A stretch of 64,000 nt of DNA, taken from Ramazzottius varieornatus. Taxonomy: Eukaryota; Animalia; Tardigrada. The position numbers and the translations under genes are program-made. Every line of letters starts with the position of its first letter. Positions within the stretch are counted from its first letter, which is position 1. The notes beneath the pieces were generated by a model. The model made no database searches. It saw only the letters and a list, made by a program, of their open reading frames with translations, and was not told the origin of the DNA. Below, piece by piece: positions 13,635-26,145 of this stretch. The stretch lies in assembly GCA_001949185.1 (NCBI GenBank), contig BDGG01000005.1, forward strand, positions 806,001 through 870,000. Direction: 5' to 3'.

Positions 13635-13730
13635 GTCGGATCGTTTTCCCATGTGACGCACGCAATCAGCCAAGGACAATGGGGACGTGCGCCACTTGAG
13701 ACGACGATCCGGTTCAATCCATCTGCCGAA
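13635..13730. repeat. Palindromic N25 element copy (core 13650-13698)
   Basis: CATGTGACGCAC-25 bp-GTGCGCCACTTG with CGGATCGT/ACGATCCG arms. Confidence 0.85.
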
Positions 13731-16216
13731 GATTCATTTTTTATGGGTTCTTGAATAGCATGCTTTGTACAGTAGTTCTCTTGGTCCAAGTTGCAGAAAC
13801 CAGACCTTCTGGTTTTGCTACATCATGAAGAAATTGGAGAAGTAGAATCTTTTAGGTGTACAGGATTGATCCGTGTTTGGATAGTGCCGCGGTGACGTCA
13901 TGTGCTTTTCAAGTATGGAACCGAGCTGTTTAGCAGCAACAAACCGGCACTATCACCCTTGTTTCCGCACATTTCGTAACACAAAGCCAAGCAGTAAATG
14001 TGTCTGCCAAGGACAATGGTGTCGCGTCAGTAAAACAATATCTATTGGGAGAGGAATTAGTGGAGGACACTTCCCGCACCGGGGTGAGACCTGTCCTCGT
14101 TAACAGGCCTCCATGTCGCTCCCTGCTTCTTCCATCATTGCTCAGCTGCTGCGCAGTACGAGTAAAATGAACCGAGCGCCGCCGATTAATTACTGTTCGC
14201 TTTCCGCGATCATCAGTGAAGAAGACTGTGTACCTACACACTTGTCACCATTTTGTCCATCGGCAGGCTGTGTCATCATTAAGACTTAGTCAGCTTAAAC
14301 AAAATGCCTTTCAACACGTGTTACTTCCTTGTCCGACCGTCGTCTCAAGGCTCAACCTGACGGTCTTCTCTGTATCCTCATCACTAACATCATTTCTCAT
14401 CATTCTCTACAAACAATAACCAATCAACTTTTCCTTGTTTATTCTGTCTTCATTGGCGCCACTTTGTTTCAACACCTGAGACTGTCACCCATCTTCCGGC
14501 GCACTGCTAAAAGATTGTAATTCTTTGTCGAATCGACAAACCATTTAGGACGACAGATTTTAGCAAACCGAAAAGCTTTCAGTTTCTTGATACAATGCAG
14601 AGAAACGAGAAAACCAATCTGTATTCCAGTACAGTAAACCTAAACCAAGCGCGCAGTGTGTTTTGTAATGTTCGTTCTTATACTGTGTATTATAGGGGAC
14701 AGTTCTGTGGTGCAAAACTGGCACAAACACGTTGGCAGGATGAAACAGGTGGCAGCTGTTGTCTAGAATGCAATTTCAAGCGTTTAATTTGTTTGTAGAC
14801 GACCACAAATTATGCGCATTCCATCGCAGTATTGAAAGTTGACAAGCATGCAGCGGAGATGACCACAGGGCAGCTTAAATCTCTGAAGAGACGCGTCCAC
14901 AGCTGGCTGGTCAGTAACGTCGCACTTTGTAAGTTCAAGTGTCGCATCACTCCATTGAAGAAAGTATCACTATCTGGCCGAGAGGCTAGAGGCAGAGGAT
15001 CACAGCTGTTGCAAAGAGGAGTTTAAATCGTGGGAACGGTGCTTTTTCGATCGGCAGATTGCTTCCTATTGAGTATATTTACACCTGATGATGATACGCT
15101 CTCTTCCGCGTCTGCCAGCGCCCTCTCTCTTCCTTCCCCCTGGAACACACTGTCAACAACGGTTAATATAACGATTAATTGCTTCGTCGCGCCTCAAAAG
15201 TGTGGGAAGCATTTTACTTGTGCACCTGTTATTGATACTCACAACGAAGGAGGCGAAGATGGGAATGACTAGTTTGGAGATTACCCTAGCAAGCACGAAG
15301 AAAGCTGATTATCTGGTGGGCGAGTTCATACCTGTCCCAGTCGTCACAATAATAGGGTTTCTAAAATTTAAACAAAGGTTAGGACATCGGAAGATTCTTC
15401 TGTAATGGATACGCAAGAGAAAGCCGCAGTGTGACCAGCGGTCAAGGCGTACAGAGGCGTATCCATATCCAAACCCCACAGTGCCATTTTGGGTATATGG
15501 CAAGCTATGTAGTGGTCAAAAGCTGCCTCGTTTAGAAAAGTCAGCATAGATGATGACTGGCTCGTACGGCTCAACAAAACCAACCAGGAAATTGTCCGCT
15601 GGTTCGCCTAACGGAGTTATGGCGTGCTGTGATGGCCAAACTAGCGTATAGTTCATGGTATTGATCGCTCGATCGATTGGGTTGTATGGCGTAACAAAGC
15701 TGACAGGGAGCCATAACAAGGAGATGACACGCCTGACGGTTGACTGGGAGGATCCTAGAGTGTAACCGAGAAATCACGTTATGCTCTCTCCTTCCTCCTC
15801 CGTGCACGTACCACATTACAATATTGTACAGTCCTCTAGAGGGATCGAAGGAAGGAAGTCAGACCGTAGCGAGAGTGCAGCCACAAAAGTACTCGGGATG
15901 GAAAACAGTTGATTCCCAAGTCGATGGCAGAAATTGCTGACTGTTCATCGCTGCACGAAAGCTCCTTCCGCCGCTCGATTCCTCCACAGAAGAAAATTGG
16001 CCCTGCATCCAGTACGCGTCTCAGTCTTCATTCTCCCTGGATCATTTTGCTGCGAGCGTCAACGTGAGCTTGACTTCATCTTTTGATCGTCGCACACTGA
16101 TCCTACTCTCCAGCACTGCTCCCTTTTTATCCCCTTCCTCTTTACGTCTTGTCAAGCGGATTATCCTCCTGAACAAGTATATCATGCATCCTTTTTCTCA
16201 ACGTCAAATACCAACC

Positions 16217-16510
16217 ATGGCTTCCGTCGCTTCCTCGCGTGTCCAGAAATCCTCACGACGGAATGCGGCGACCAAGTCCAACGAGGATGTGGAGCTGCTC
16301 TTTCGACGCCTGGTCCAGATGGTTCCATCATTACCCAAGGATCGCAAGCTGTCAAGACTGGAAATCCTCCAAGCGGTCATTGACTATATCCAAGAACTAG
16401 AGCAGCGACTAGAAAGCCATCCGGAATCGGAGAATTTATCTTTAGGCCTGTCAAGATTGAAGCTCTCCCTCAATCAGGCCCGCCATGTTCCGCAACATAA
16501 CGCCCAGTAA
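16217..16510 (+). CDS. Id/extramacrochaetae-family HLH protein, 97 aa (paralog of 8973-9296)
   Basis: ELLFRRLVQMVPSLPKDRKLSRLEILQAVIDYIQELE; shares the C-terminal HPE.ENL..GL..L..SL with the paralog; Kozak ACCATGG; alternative ATG at 16184. Confidence 0.88.
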   Translation: MASVASSRVQKSSRRNAATKSNEDVELLFRRLVQMVPSLPKDRKLSRLEILQAVIDYIQELEQRLESHPESENLSLGLSRLKLSLNQARHVPQHNAQ

Positions 16511-17636
16511 TGAAATTCTTCGCGATCCGGTGATGCATTCCTGAGCCGAGGCTTTTTTGTGATAGATGTCTTAATCTCAATGCTGTATTTCACGTCGGTT
16601 TCTGTGGGCTAGAAACAGACCGCCGTTAAACTTTTCCAGCAATATTCACCCTTGAATCAGGAATATTAGAATTTCGTTCGTATTTACAATTTTTCCCATG
16701 TTGCAGCCATATTTTCGAGATGACCCATGCTTGTTTTATCTATTTTCGGTGAGAAACAAAGCGGTTCATCATTGGCCGGGTTTGCCTGAGTGGTCGTATG
16801 GTAAAGGTCACCGGTTTAAGGGCGGGCAGACTGGCTTAGCATCAGCAAGGGTCGCATACCACAGTGGTTCGTCATGGGAAAAGAAAGTCGGATAGCGAGC
16901 GGAAATGCGAGGCTTTTTATGGAGCAGGGTGTATTTGCTGGGGTTCACAATGTTGGGGCAGATGCGGTCGAGAAGGCATGTTATTGCCTCTTTCAGTCAA
17001 TATTTTCCTTTGATTACTCCATAAAATTTGCGCCCAAGTAGCAACATAGAGGAGCACTTGGGCTATTATGTACTGTGACTCGCAAGAAGGAGCTTTTCAC
17101 AGTCTTCAGAGCGTGGCGCGGCACTCTGCATCTCCATGCACTTCCTCCCTTTCCCATCCACACCGGATGGAAATTCGGTCAACATGCATACGCTCAGGCA
17201 TTGCGCCACCATCCCTATGCACACAGCCGGGCATATCCGACTTTCATCCCGACCATCGTGATCACTATCAAGCAGGACTGTATTGTTGGTTCAACTGTAT
17301 TATATCGACATTCAGTCCAAGGTCGACCTTGTCAACTCTCGTCCATTATCACACAAGCACGGCGCCTTTAATTTGTCAGGGTGATACAATAACCTTTTAC
17401 TTTGTGGCGCGATCGATCTGATCAGAGCCGCGGATCGAATGAATGGGGCAACCGGACTATGCAGGTCGGTTTCCGGTTATGCCGGGTGTCAGTCTCTCTA
17501 CAAAAGAATATAATCATCTAATGAGCACCCCGTACCATCTTGCGCCTCTATTTAAATTGCCCGCCGTCAGGGAATACTGCTCTCGATTGCGATTCAAGTC
17601 CAACCGTACGTGGGTAATGCAGCCGTGTGTTCGGCG

Positions 17637-18344
17637 TTACGCCACATATGGATCCTGTTTCCTCTTCCCCATCTGCAGCTTAACACACCTGCATCCGAGC
17701 TTATGCTTGATGAAGGAGCCAAATGGTTCCCAATAGTCCTGCACGTGCCTCGAGACTTTGTCTCGTCCACCTGCAAGGGAGACAAAACAAGACATATGTG
17801 GAAACATGACACAGACAAGGAAGTCCAAAATCGGAAGATCGGTCGGATAACCTGCGGTGAATATCGTCGGCAAAAGAATCCACCCTGATCGTTTTCCCAG
17901 GTGGCGCAAATTTTCAGCCAGTAACAACGCGAACGTGCGCCACTCGACATAGTGATCTGAGCGAATTCGTTGGCCGACGTACAACATTTTGTCGTCGAAC
18001 CTGACTTGGACTTTTTGGGGCTTTTTGTTTCTGACTTCAGTCTGAACCACCATACAAGGAGCTGTAGCATAAAGCTTGCAAAATTCAACATCGAAGAAGG
18101 CCAAACCGGTATAACAGGAATGCGCGAGCCACTGCGGTCAGTTCGTGCTGAAAGCTTCCTGCTGCGAGCTCCAGCATGAATTCCAGATGTGCGTTGCCAG
18201 AACTTTGTATTTTTCTCCGTATCAGGTTTCGTTTTCTTACGCCAAAACAGCCCATGTGGTAAGCCGACAAGAATCCACATGTTTTTTTAGGAACGGCTTG
18301 AAGTTACCCAGAGCAGCGGGGAGGGGAAACTCATCTGTCGGCAT
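17637..18344 (-). other. Possible small spliced cysteine-containing gene or pseudogene (weak PDGF/VEGF cystine-knot resemblance)
   Basis: Putative exons give DSCRLTTWAVL..., ...IPVWPSS / DVEFCKLYATAPCMV...KVQV and ...FIKHKLGCRCV; joining them needs a frame change. Confidence 0.25.
17886..17975. repeat. Palindromic N25 element copy (core 17898-17946)
   Basis: CAGGTGGCGCAA-25 bp-GTGCGCCACTCG. Confidence 0.85.
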
Positions 18345-18704
18345 CTTGTAAAAGCGGCTACCGACAGCTGCTGGAGATTAACCTACTGATGGATATGCCT
18401 ACTAATTCAGCCTAATTGTACCTTTGCGGAGGACGGCACAACAAATTACCAGGGAGAGATTGACAGGAGAGATCTCACAAGGATATCCAGTTTCCTGCTG
18501 GTGGCGCGCATTAACGTCTTCGCCAAATGCCAAGTTACACTGCTCATGTGAAGCTCATCCCTACAGAACGAAACACGTTTGCTGTACGGGTAGCAATTAA
18601 TTATCCGCTCTAAAAATCGATCCATCATTACGGTTCAGTACAATCGCAAAAACTTGGACCGGGAAGTAGATATTCAATGGAAACATAAGCAAATGAATTA
18701 ATCT

Positions 18705-18778
18705 GAATCGTTGTCTCAGGTGGCGCACGTTTTCATTGCGACTGGCTAGAAGTGTGCGCCACTCGGGATAACGATCTG
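18705..18778. repeat. Palindromic N25 element copy (core 18717-18765)
   Basis: CAGGTGGCGCAC-25 bp-GTGCGCCACTCG with ATCGTT/AACGAT arms. Confidence 0.85.
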
Positions 18779-18810
18779 AAAGACTGGCCTTGCGCGATCG
18801 TTACGAGTTA

Positions 18811-19271
18811 TCAGTGGAGCTCAGACAGTGGCCCAGAAAGGTACAGGACGGTGTTTTCCGGCGGGGGGGTGTGCTTGGACGGAGTGGTCACGTAGTGAGT
18901 CGTAAAGGTTCCCATCTGGTCAGGTGTCGGAGGAGGAAGGGAGATCTGATGAGCCGCGTTCGCACCTTTCATAACACTTTCGTAATCCGGAGGAATATCC
19001 GGCCGGTGTGACTGGCCATTGGCCTCCTTCATCTGCACCACGATCGTAGCTAAAGTAAAAACACAAACTTCAGTATGGCAAACCGATGTTAACGCTTGAA
19101 GGTAGGCTTACTTGGAGTGATGGGACTCAGATGCAAGTCGGTGGACTTGGAGTTGGGGACATTCTTGCTAAAGGATCGACGATATCGGACGAGGGAGACG
19201 AATGCCACAATCATGACGACGACCAGGCCGGACAAGCCAACACCGTACCAAGCGTGAGCGTAGGTAGTCAT
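18811..19271 (-). CDS. Small single-pass membrane protein with cytoplasmic PPxY motif (two exons)
   Basis: TM WYGVGLSGLVVVMIVAFVSLV followed by RYRR. A GTAAG donor (~19110) and TTTAG acceptor (~19051) join in phase to an exon containing IPPDYESV. Confidence 0.55.
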
Positions 19272-19845
19272 CCTGGTACCTTCCCTCCAGAGCTCCGGAG
19301 AACTGGCTTACCCAGAAACTGCAGGAATGGAACTGAGGGCATCACCGACGTCACTGTATTGCAAGAAGCAGGTGTGGTGAAATTTACGATCAGTAGCTCA
19401 ACGTTGCACGATTATCAATCAATCTGGCTGCTGGACAAAAAAATATTGATTGCAATCTGAGTAATCCTACGCACCTGGTAAACATGATTTCACCTCCTGC
19501 TGGAGCATTGGAGGTTGGATCCGTACTGTGGCCTGATGTACCAAAACGATGGAGATAAAGATCGCCTAAAATTTTTAATCTTTGCGTGACGTCAGCGTCT
19601 TGCCTCTGCAAAGGCCTGCGGAGTGGCGCCACTGGGCAAAACTGGTCGCTGGTCAGGCAATTGGTGCTACAGCAGCCACATTTTTGCGGCAACTGGGTTT
19701 CTGGACTTGTCACTTTTACAGTAAACAAATATGCACTCAACTTATGTACCGAGAACGAGAGAAAACGACCGTCAACCAAAATTAATGGTATGAACTTCAG
19801 AATCGTCTGAACAATGCGGCACCTCCGCAGCGGAAGCTCATGAGC

Positions 19846-22800
19846 CTAGTACACTTCCTCATGGTCTTTGGAACTTGATTCCTGAGCTCCAATCGTGTTC
19901 TTTACCAATGCCAGCTCAACCGCGACTTGTAGGTCGGAGGCAGCTGCCTCGAAGGTCTCATCTCCAACATGGTCGCGAATGGCTTTCAAGTAGACCTGGA
20001 CGTCGGTCTCTCCGTCACTGCGAACTTTCCCGTCAACCAACAGGCCTCCGCTCGGGATAAGCTTGACAAGAACAGACCGTAAATTTCGAGCCAGTTCGAC
20101 GTTGTCCCCGCCGGTTTCTTTCGGACAAGATGTTCTACTTCCGGTTGAGTGATCGTCCTCGACAGGATCTTGCAGGCTTGTTCTGGATCTGTGATTCGAC
20201 GAATTTTCTGAAGGACCAGTAACGTCACCTGCAACAGAGAGCGCCGAGTAGCCAAGATCTTGCCATACGGTGAGGTCTAAACTTGGTAAAAGGTTTCTAA
20301 GTCTTCGAGCCGGAAATTGACGCTGGAATTTTAGTATGGGACCTGCATCATGTATATGTTGTTCAGGCTGAATTAACTAACCGTTTTCTGAGTTGGCAGA
20401 CATGTTATCGGGTGAAGAGTTCGACGTACCAGATGATTTTGACGACAGGACCGAAGACGATCTAGCTCGCGTGGTAAGCCCTGTCGGGGATGTTTCACTT
20501 CCGAGCTGTTCAAAACTCGCTGCTGTAGGGCTTCCCTGAACCACTGTTGGAGATCGTTTCTCCAAAGCGGAAGAAAGTTTATTCCTGTAGGCAACCGGAC
20601 ATCCAGATGCGCTATGAAAATTACACGCAACGATAGCCTTCAGTTTCAAGCCCGCGGTTGCTTGTTGAGTACGACTTGCCCATGGTTTTCCATACCTGCG
20701 ATGACTAAGGAACTTCCCGGAAGTGTGACCGCTCCCAGTGCATCCTTCGACGGGACATCTAAACAACAAACTAGGGCAATTAGCGTAATTATCTCGCGGT
20801 ATACAAGCGAAGATGTCTCTTTTACTTGATGGGTTCTCCTCTGTCGGTCTTTCCCATTTTCCGCACTAGCGGACACCCGGAAACGCTGCGATGTGACGCA
20901 AAGTGTCCAGTTATGTGACCGGTCCCGTCACAGTTCGATGTTGGGCATCTGGAAAAACGCAGTTCATTCATGGTAGGATCCGCGGCGTGTATTTGATGCA
21001 TAGTGTGTCCAATGGTTGCTTACTTGAAATCCACGGTCTCGCTGTCTGTCCCATCGCTCGACAATCTTTTCGCCTTCGACCTCGATCGAACGCGAGTGGA
21101 CGGAATCTTTGTGTCCGGAGAACCCTCCGAATCTCTCTTTCTCTTCTTCGATGCAGGTTTCTTTAGCACTCCGCCCTGGTCAGAGGAAACCTCCGTTGAC
21201 ACCCTGAGGAAGAGAAGAATTTCTGCAGGTGAAGTGGAACGGACGTGATTTTAGGCACGACAGGGCGACCCTAGTCAGCTTTCAGTTTGGACTTTTCAAA
21301 TCTTGTTGACCTACTCATACCGTTTCACGGAATTAGTTTTGTCCTCGAGGTGCGCCACACAATCGGGTTCACTCCTCGTGGAGAATTGATGGACCTTGAC
21401 AGTGTTCTTTGGCAAGGTAAGGTCGATTGGTTCGTCGTAGTTGGTATTATTGTTACTAGCGGGGTAGGTATAGCTTTCTGGTTGCAGAATAGGTGGAAAC
21501 GGAGGGAAGAAATTATTGGGCTGGAATGGGTAGGAGAAAAGATAACGGAAGGGACTGAATGATGGAGATGGAAAGGGTGGAAACAGCGGCGGATATGGCG
21601 CGGCCAGAGGAGATTTCGAAGCAAGTTGACGAGCTCGAAGTGGACCGGCGAGGATAGAGGGTGCGCCAGGTTTGCGCAGCGACACGAACGCAGACTTCTG
21701 CGGAGGCTCGGAAGCGGCCACCCCATCCTGCGCGACTGTGAGTGGGCTGGGCTTGGCCTGTAGAGGGCGTGTTGCGGCGAAGAAAGGACATCCAGACAAA
21801 CTGCGAAAAATACGACGGGAAATTTCCACGTTAAAGATATCAACTGCACGGTCGTATTTGCAAAATATGATCACGATAGACTTCGACACTGCATTTCGAC
21901 ATTCGCGCAAAATTCCTGAGGAACTTTCTGGTCCCATCGAGACTGCGCGTTGATAGACAACTCCACATTTCATGCATCATTTCGGAATCCGGTGATTTAT
22001 CTCTCATAAGTACTGTGGAGCTCCATTCCCATGGGTCACGGGAGACAGTGGGGAACGAAATCAAATTTGAGATATTACCTGCGGTGGCTGTTGCGGCTTC
22101 CGTTAACGTGTCCTCGTCCAGCACATCCGGGGTACATGCAGCGTGCCGGATTAGTTATTCCCAATCCGCTTAGCTGAGCCCACACTGTAACGAAAACGAA
22201 CAAGGAAGACTTATCGGCCTTTAATTACAACATAAGCTGCATCAAGACCAACCAGATTACAAGCTGTATCTAGTTGGTCTTGGCTGCATACGGCATATCC
22301 CTGCAGCGTGCCGCCATACATCCCGGAGGTAGTTACAGCAAACAGTGCGAGCTAATTTGCCTCCCTCGCATGATTGTCTAGTATTTCCTCGAAGGGATAC
22401 TGTGTCACCTTCCCTCAAAAGTCGACCAACTCCAAACCAAACTGCATTTTGATGATATACAATTTTGATCAGGCTGTTTTCCAAGACTCCAACTGTAGAA
22501 CCCTGATGACGTGGCGAAGTCTTGAGTGTATAGCTTTCATACAAAGGCGTGGTCGAAGAGAAAATTACAGCGCGGACGAAATTATCGAATCAAGTTAAGG
22601 TGTGGTGTCACTTTTGAATGGCCAAACCAATCCCCAAACTTGTTTGTCAAGCTTCGCACGGTGTACTTTACTGGAAAGGGAAGACATGTTGCTGTTCAAG
22701 AAAGGGAGTCGGGAGTGCCAGAGTTGACGAGAGGCAGGTGAAGTGCATGACCTCAGGTATATAAATTGATAAAGTTTTCAGGAGGAAGTGTTTCCAGTTT

Positions 22801-24185
22801 GGGCAAATACGGGGGTGTGAGTACCGGCGACTGTGTTCAGTTGGCACTTTTGGGGATTTGAATCATTTAATGACAGCGCTAAGAGGCACTCAACAGGCTC
22901 CGTAATGGCATGTCAAACTCCTCGATGCGCTGAACAAGTTTGATCCAGCCACACGTTCTTCCGGATAACAGAATAAATACTCACTAGACCTTTTAATCTG
23001 TCAATAATTTCAAGCTTACCTTCAGGTGGCGCCTTGTCACGGTTTGGACAGCCTGATAAGCTGCAAAAAAACTAATTTTGATACTTTGGAAAACTGCAAT
23101 ATCGATCGACTCGCGCAGCACTGGAAAGTTCGATCGCAGCGCTTGCAGTCGGCCGCTGCTCCAGCTTTCCAGCTATCCTAAAGCAAAGCATCACCAAAAC
23201 CAGAAAACCTCAACGTACCGACCTCATCCGTAAATTTTTGAAAACCATATGCAAATTGGAAGGTAGTAAGCTGACTCGACCGGCTTACAATTACGCGCTA
23301 ACTGGATGCTGAGCAAATGATTCGAACCAAATAGTTTTCTGAAGTGGCGCACAGTTCCAGCTAACGCCAACGTAGACGTGCGCCAATTGATGCTTGGATC
23401 TGGTTCAGTTCATCTGCCCAGGTCCCAGTTTCAGTCCGCCCAATAGCCGAATCAACTCGCACACTGCCGTACCTTACCTGCGATGGAACTGGTAGAGGTT
23501 TGTCACGTGTCCTTTGCCATCGCAGCCGGGCAGTGGGCAGCGCTTTCCGTCTGCGGAAAAACCAATAAGACTTAGAGTGGTACCACGGTTGTACCAAGCA
23601 AAAGGGAAGGAGAATGAGCCGGATAAATCATAGCTGAGGCAAATTACACAGCGTACAGCCACGATACATTTTCCAATAAACAGGAAATGTCCTGGTGATT
23701 TACCTTTGGATGATGAGGCCGCTTCGGAGCAATTTTCATCACTTTTAGCGGGAGATAATGGGGCAAGCGCATTAGGATCCATCTCGCTGTCCTGTCCTTG
23801 CTCTTCCACCTGACACCACGCAATGGTTTTGACTGTTATGTCCAGGAGCTTCTCGTCCCTTCCTCCTTCGTCTTGATCCACGACAGCTTTATCTCGTTGG
23901 TTCAGACCTTTTGCTCTGCTCCCTACCGAAGGTTCTTCATGTTGTAGTTCGGGGACTTCTTCTTGGTGCTCGGCGTTCTTGGCGACCGACGGCGACGACT
24001 CACCAGCATCCCGGTCTGAGGAACCTCCCATTGATCTTCTGGGCGTTTTCTTTCTCTGTACGCAAACGTCATTTCATTTGCACATGGGACAATATGCTTC
24101 TCGCTCGAACCATAGAAATTCAGTAATTCAAGATGGCGTACCAAGGACTTCGCGGGTATTTTCTTACCTGCGTGGCTGGTGCCAT
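19846..24185 (-). CDS. MYT1: MyT1/ST18-family C2HC (CCHHC) zinc-finger transcription factor, multi-exon
   Basis: Four C2HC fingers across exons: [109 protein letters not shown] CtBP-type motif. First exon MAPATQ|GTAAG splices in frame. Confidence 0.88.
23322..23410. repeat. Palindromic N25 element copy (core 23341-23389), in MyT1 intron
   Basis: GAAGTGGCGCAC-25 bp-GTGCGCCAATTG. Confidence 0.85.
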
Positions 24186-25859
24186 TTTTTTGTGAAACGA
24201 CAGAAAGGTCACCAACGTCGCAAACAGAACAACTGCGTCAGGAGATATAGAGTACTGTGGTGGAAGTGAGCTCGAAGGTTGAAACTGCTAAACTCTCTTT
24301 GCCAAACTCGACGGATTCTCGAAGTTTTAGATGAAGCTCGTAAGAAAACTGGCGAACAAACTGACCCAGGGAAACGGAAGAAGTAAACGGGAGCACTGAT
24401 ACATATTTCAAAGAAATATTTTTCTGCACCCCGTACTCTCTGTAATTTAAGGGATCATTGCTCATGGAGAGACGACTTGTAAGTATTGCATGAAGTCAAC
24501 CAGGACTCTTCATTCCTTTGCATCGATCGATGCTCAAACTTTCTGATTGGCCCGTCGGCTCATAAACTGTAAAGACCCAAACTTGTACGTCAGTCTGCAC
24601 AGCTCTAATATCGATAAAGCGATCTTGCTCCGACTTTGTGTCAGTATCTTCCCGAGTTTCTCTGCGGGAAGGGGGAAGAAAGCAGCACGAGTACGATCGA
24701 GTTGCACAAGGCAACTATGCCAAAGCTTGGCCTGCTTCTTCCTCTTCCTCATCCACACTTCGTGTCCACTTGCGACTAAGTTACGCCTCTTTAAACTGTA
24801 ACCACTCTTTGGACTCACCCCGTATCGATGATATGTATTTGGTAGTTAGTGTTCCCTTTGAAATCTGTTGACTCTAGTACTTGACAGTACGCCTCCGCAC
24901 ATGCCGCGTCTGCCATCCTTCCAGCGCGGGTCCTTTGTGACGAGTTCTGAGCTCCGAGCGAACTGGCTCCCCGTAGAATCCCGCAGCTAGACAATGCATT
25001 TTTGTGTTGACCGCCCCGGCTTATTATAACCTTTTCGAGTTACGCGGAATACTCTGTAACGGAAACGGAGTGAAACGAACCTAAAGAAGCCAAGAGTAAA
25101 GTTTTATGAAAAACTCGTGGTGAAAATTTCAGACTGAAAAACTGTCTCGAATTCGGTCGATTCAGGCAGCATAAGTGTATGCATAGTAACTTTCGGCAAT
25201 GTGCGAACGCAATTTTTTTTCGAAGGCTGAAGCCGGAAGGAACAGGAAAAGTCGGGAAGGCAACCTGCTGACTAGTGAAACAAAGTTAGCGTCATCCAGG
25301 TGAACTCATGAGGGAGAAAGAGGAATGAGGTTGGGCGGCGGCGTCAAGAGGATGGAGAAGAGTTCACCGATGAGCCACAGATTAGTTTCATCTGTGATTA
25401 TCTCGGCACGCAATTTGTACGTGCTTGGCTACCGTAACAAATTCCTTGCTGCAAATTATCCACTAACTTGTGCCGAAGCCGGTCGGGAAGAGACTCTGGG
25501 AGTGGAGAGTGCCGCCTGACTTATTAAAGTTGAAACAAGCATCATGCATAACACTAAAACCCTGCTGTGCTCCATAAGATAATTCGGGGATCGTGACTTG
25601 TCCATCGCACGGCATACGGCTTCTCCAGAGAGTGTCCTCAACGAAGGCAACCTACTCCTTCGTTCCGCTTCAATTATCAGTAACTCATCTAGTTCTGTTT
25701 CCTGGTCACCACAGAACCAGAATTCAACCAGTACCCTCTTCCCTCCTGCAGCAAGCGAGCGCGTCAACGAGGAAAACCTGTGCCCGCCGACAGATTTTCA
25801 AAATCAAAATTACGAACACGAAGTTGGGTGTTTATGTCGAGGTTCCGAGAGAGTTCGAC

Positions 25860-26145
25860 GATATTTCTGATTTTCGGACGTAGAGTTGGTCTGAAAGAAC
25901 ATACATGGGTTCCCGCAAACGTGGCGATCTCGTTGCATAGCGGTGCGGTTAGGTTGGGGGCGTGGTTTGGTAACTGAAATGCAAACTAAGACAGACACTG
26001 GTCGGTGAGGGCTCAAATTGTTGCCAGAAACTATTGAGAGACCTCCCAAACCTACCGACGGCATGCAACAAATTCGCTACGTTTGCGGTAATCCGTGCGC
26101 ACGTGTTCTTTCAGACCAACTCTTCGTCCGAATATCAGAAATATC
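25860..26145. mobile_element. Foldback/MITE-like element with ~100-bp imperfect inverted arms
   Basis: GATATTTCTGATTTTCGGACGTAGAGTTGGTCTGAAAGAAC... (from 25860) is inverted at ...GTTCTTTCAGACCAACTCTTCGTCCGAATATCAGAAATATC (to 26145). Confidence 0.75.

Noticed and set aside
13024-13679. Hydrophobic ORF (MLGLVLAVIIFLV) and a neighbouring exon-like ORF
   Set aside because: No recognisable domain; it runs into the MITE TIR and the upstream segments contain stops
15309-15816. Chain of minus-strand ORFs that looks like a decayed gene
   Set aside because: Interrupted by stops and no family could be assigned
19575-19650. Possible additional N25 copy (GGCGCCACTGGGCAAAA)
   Set aside because: The left arm is too degenerate to measure the spacer; not counted
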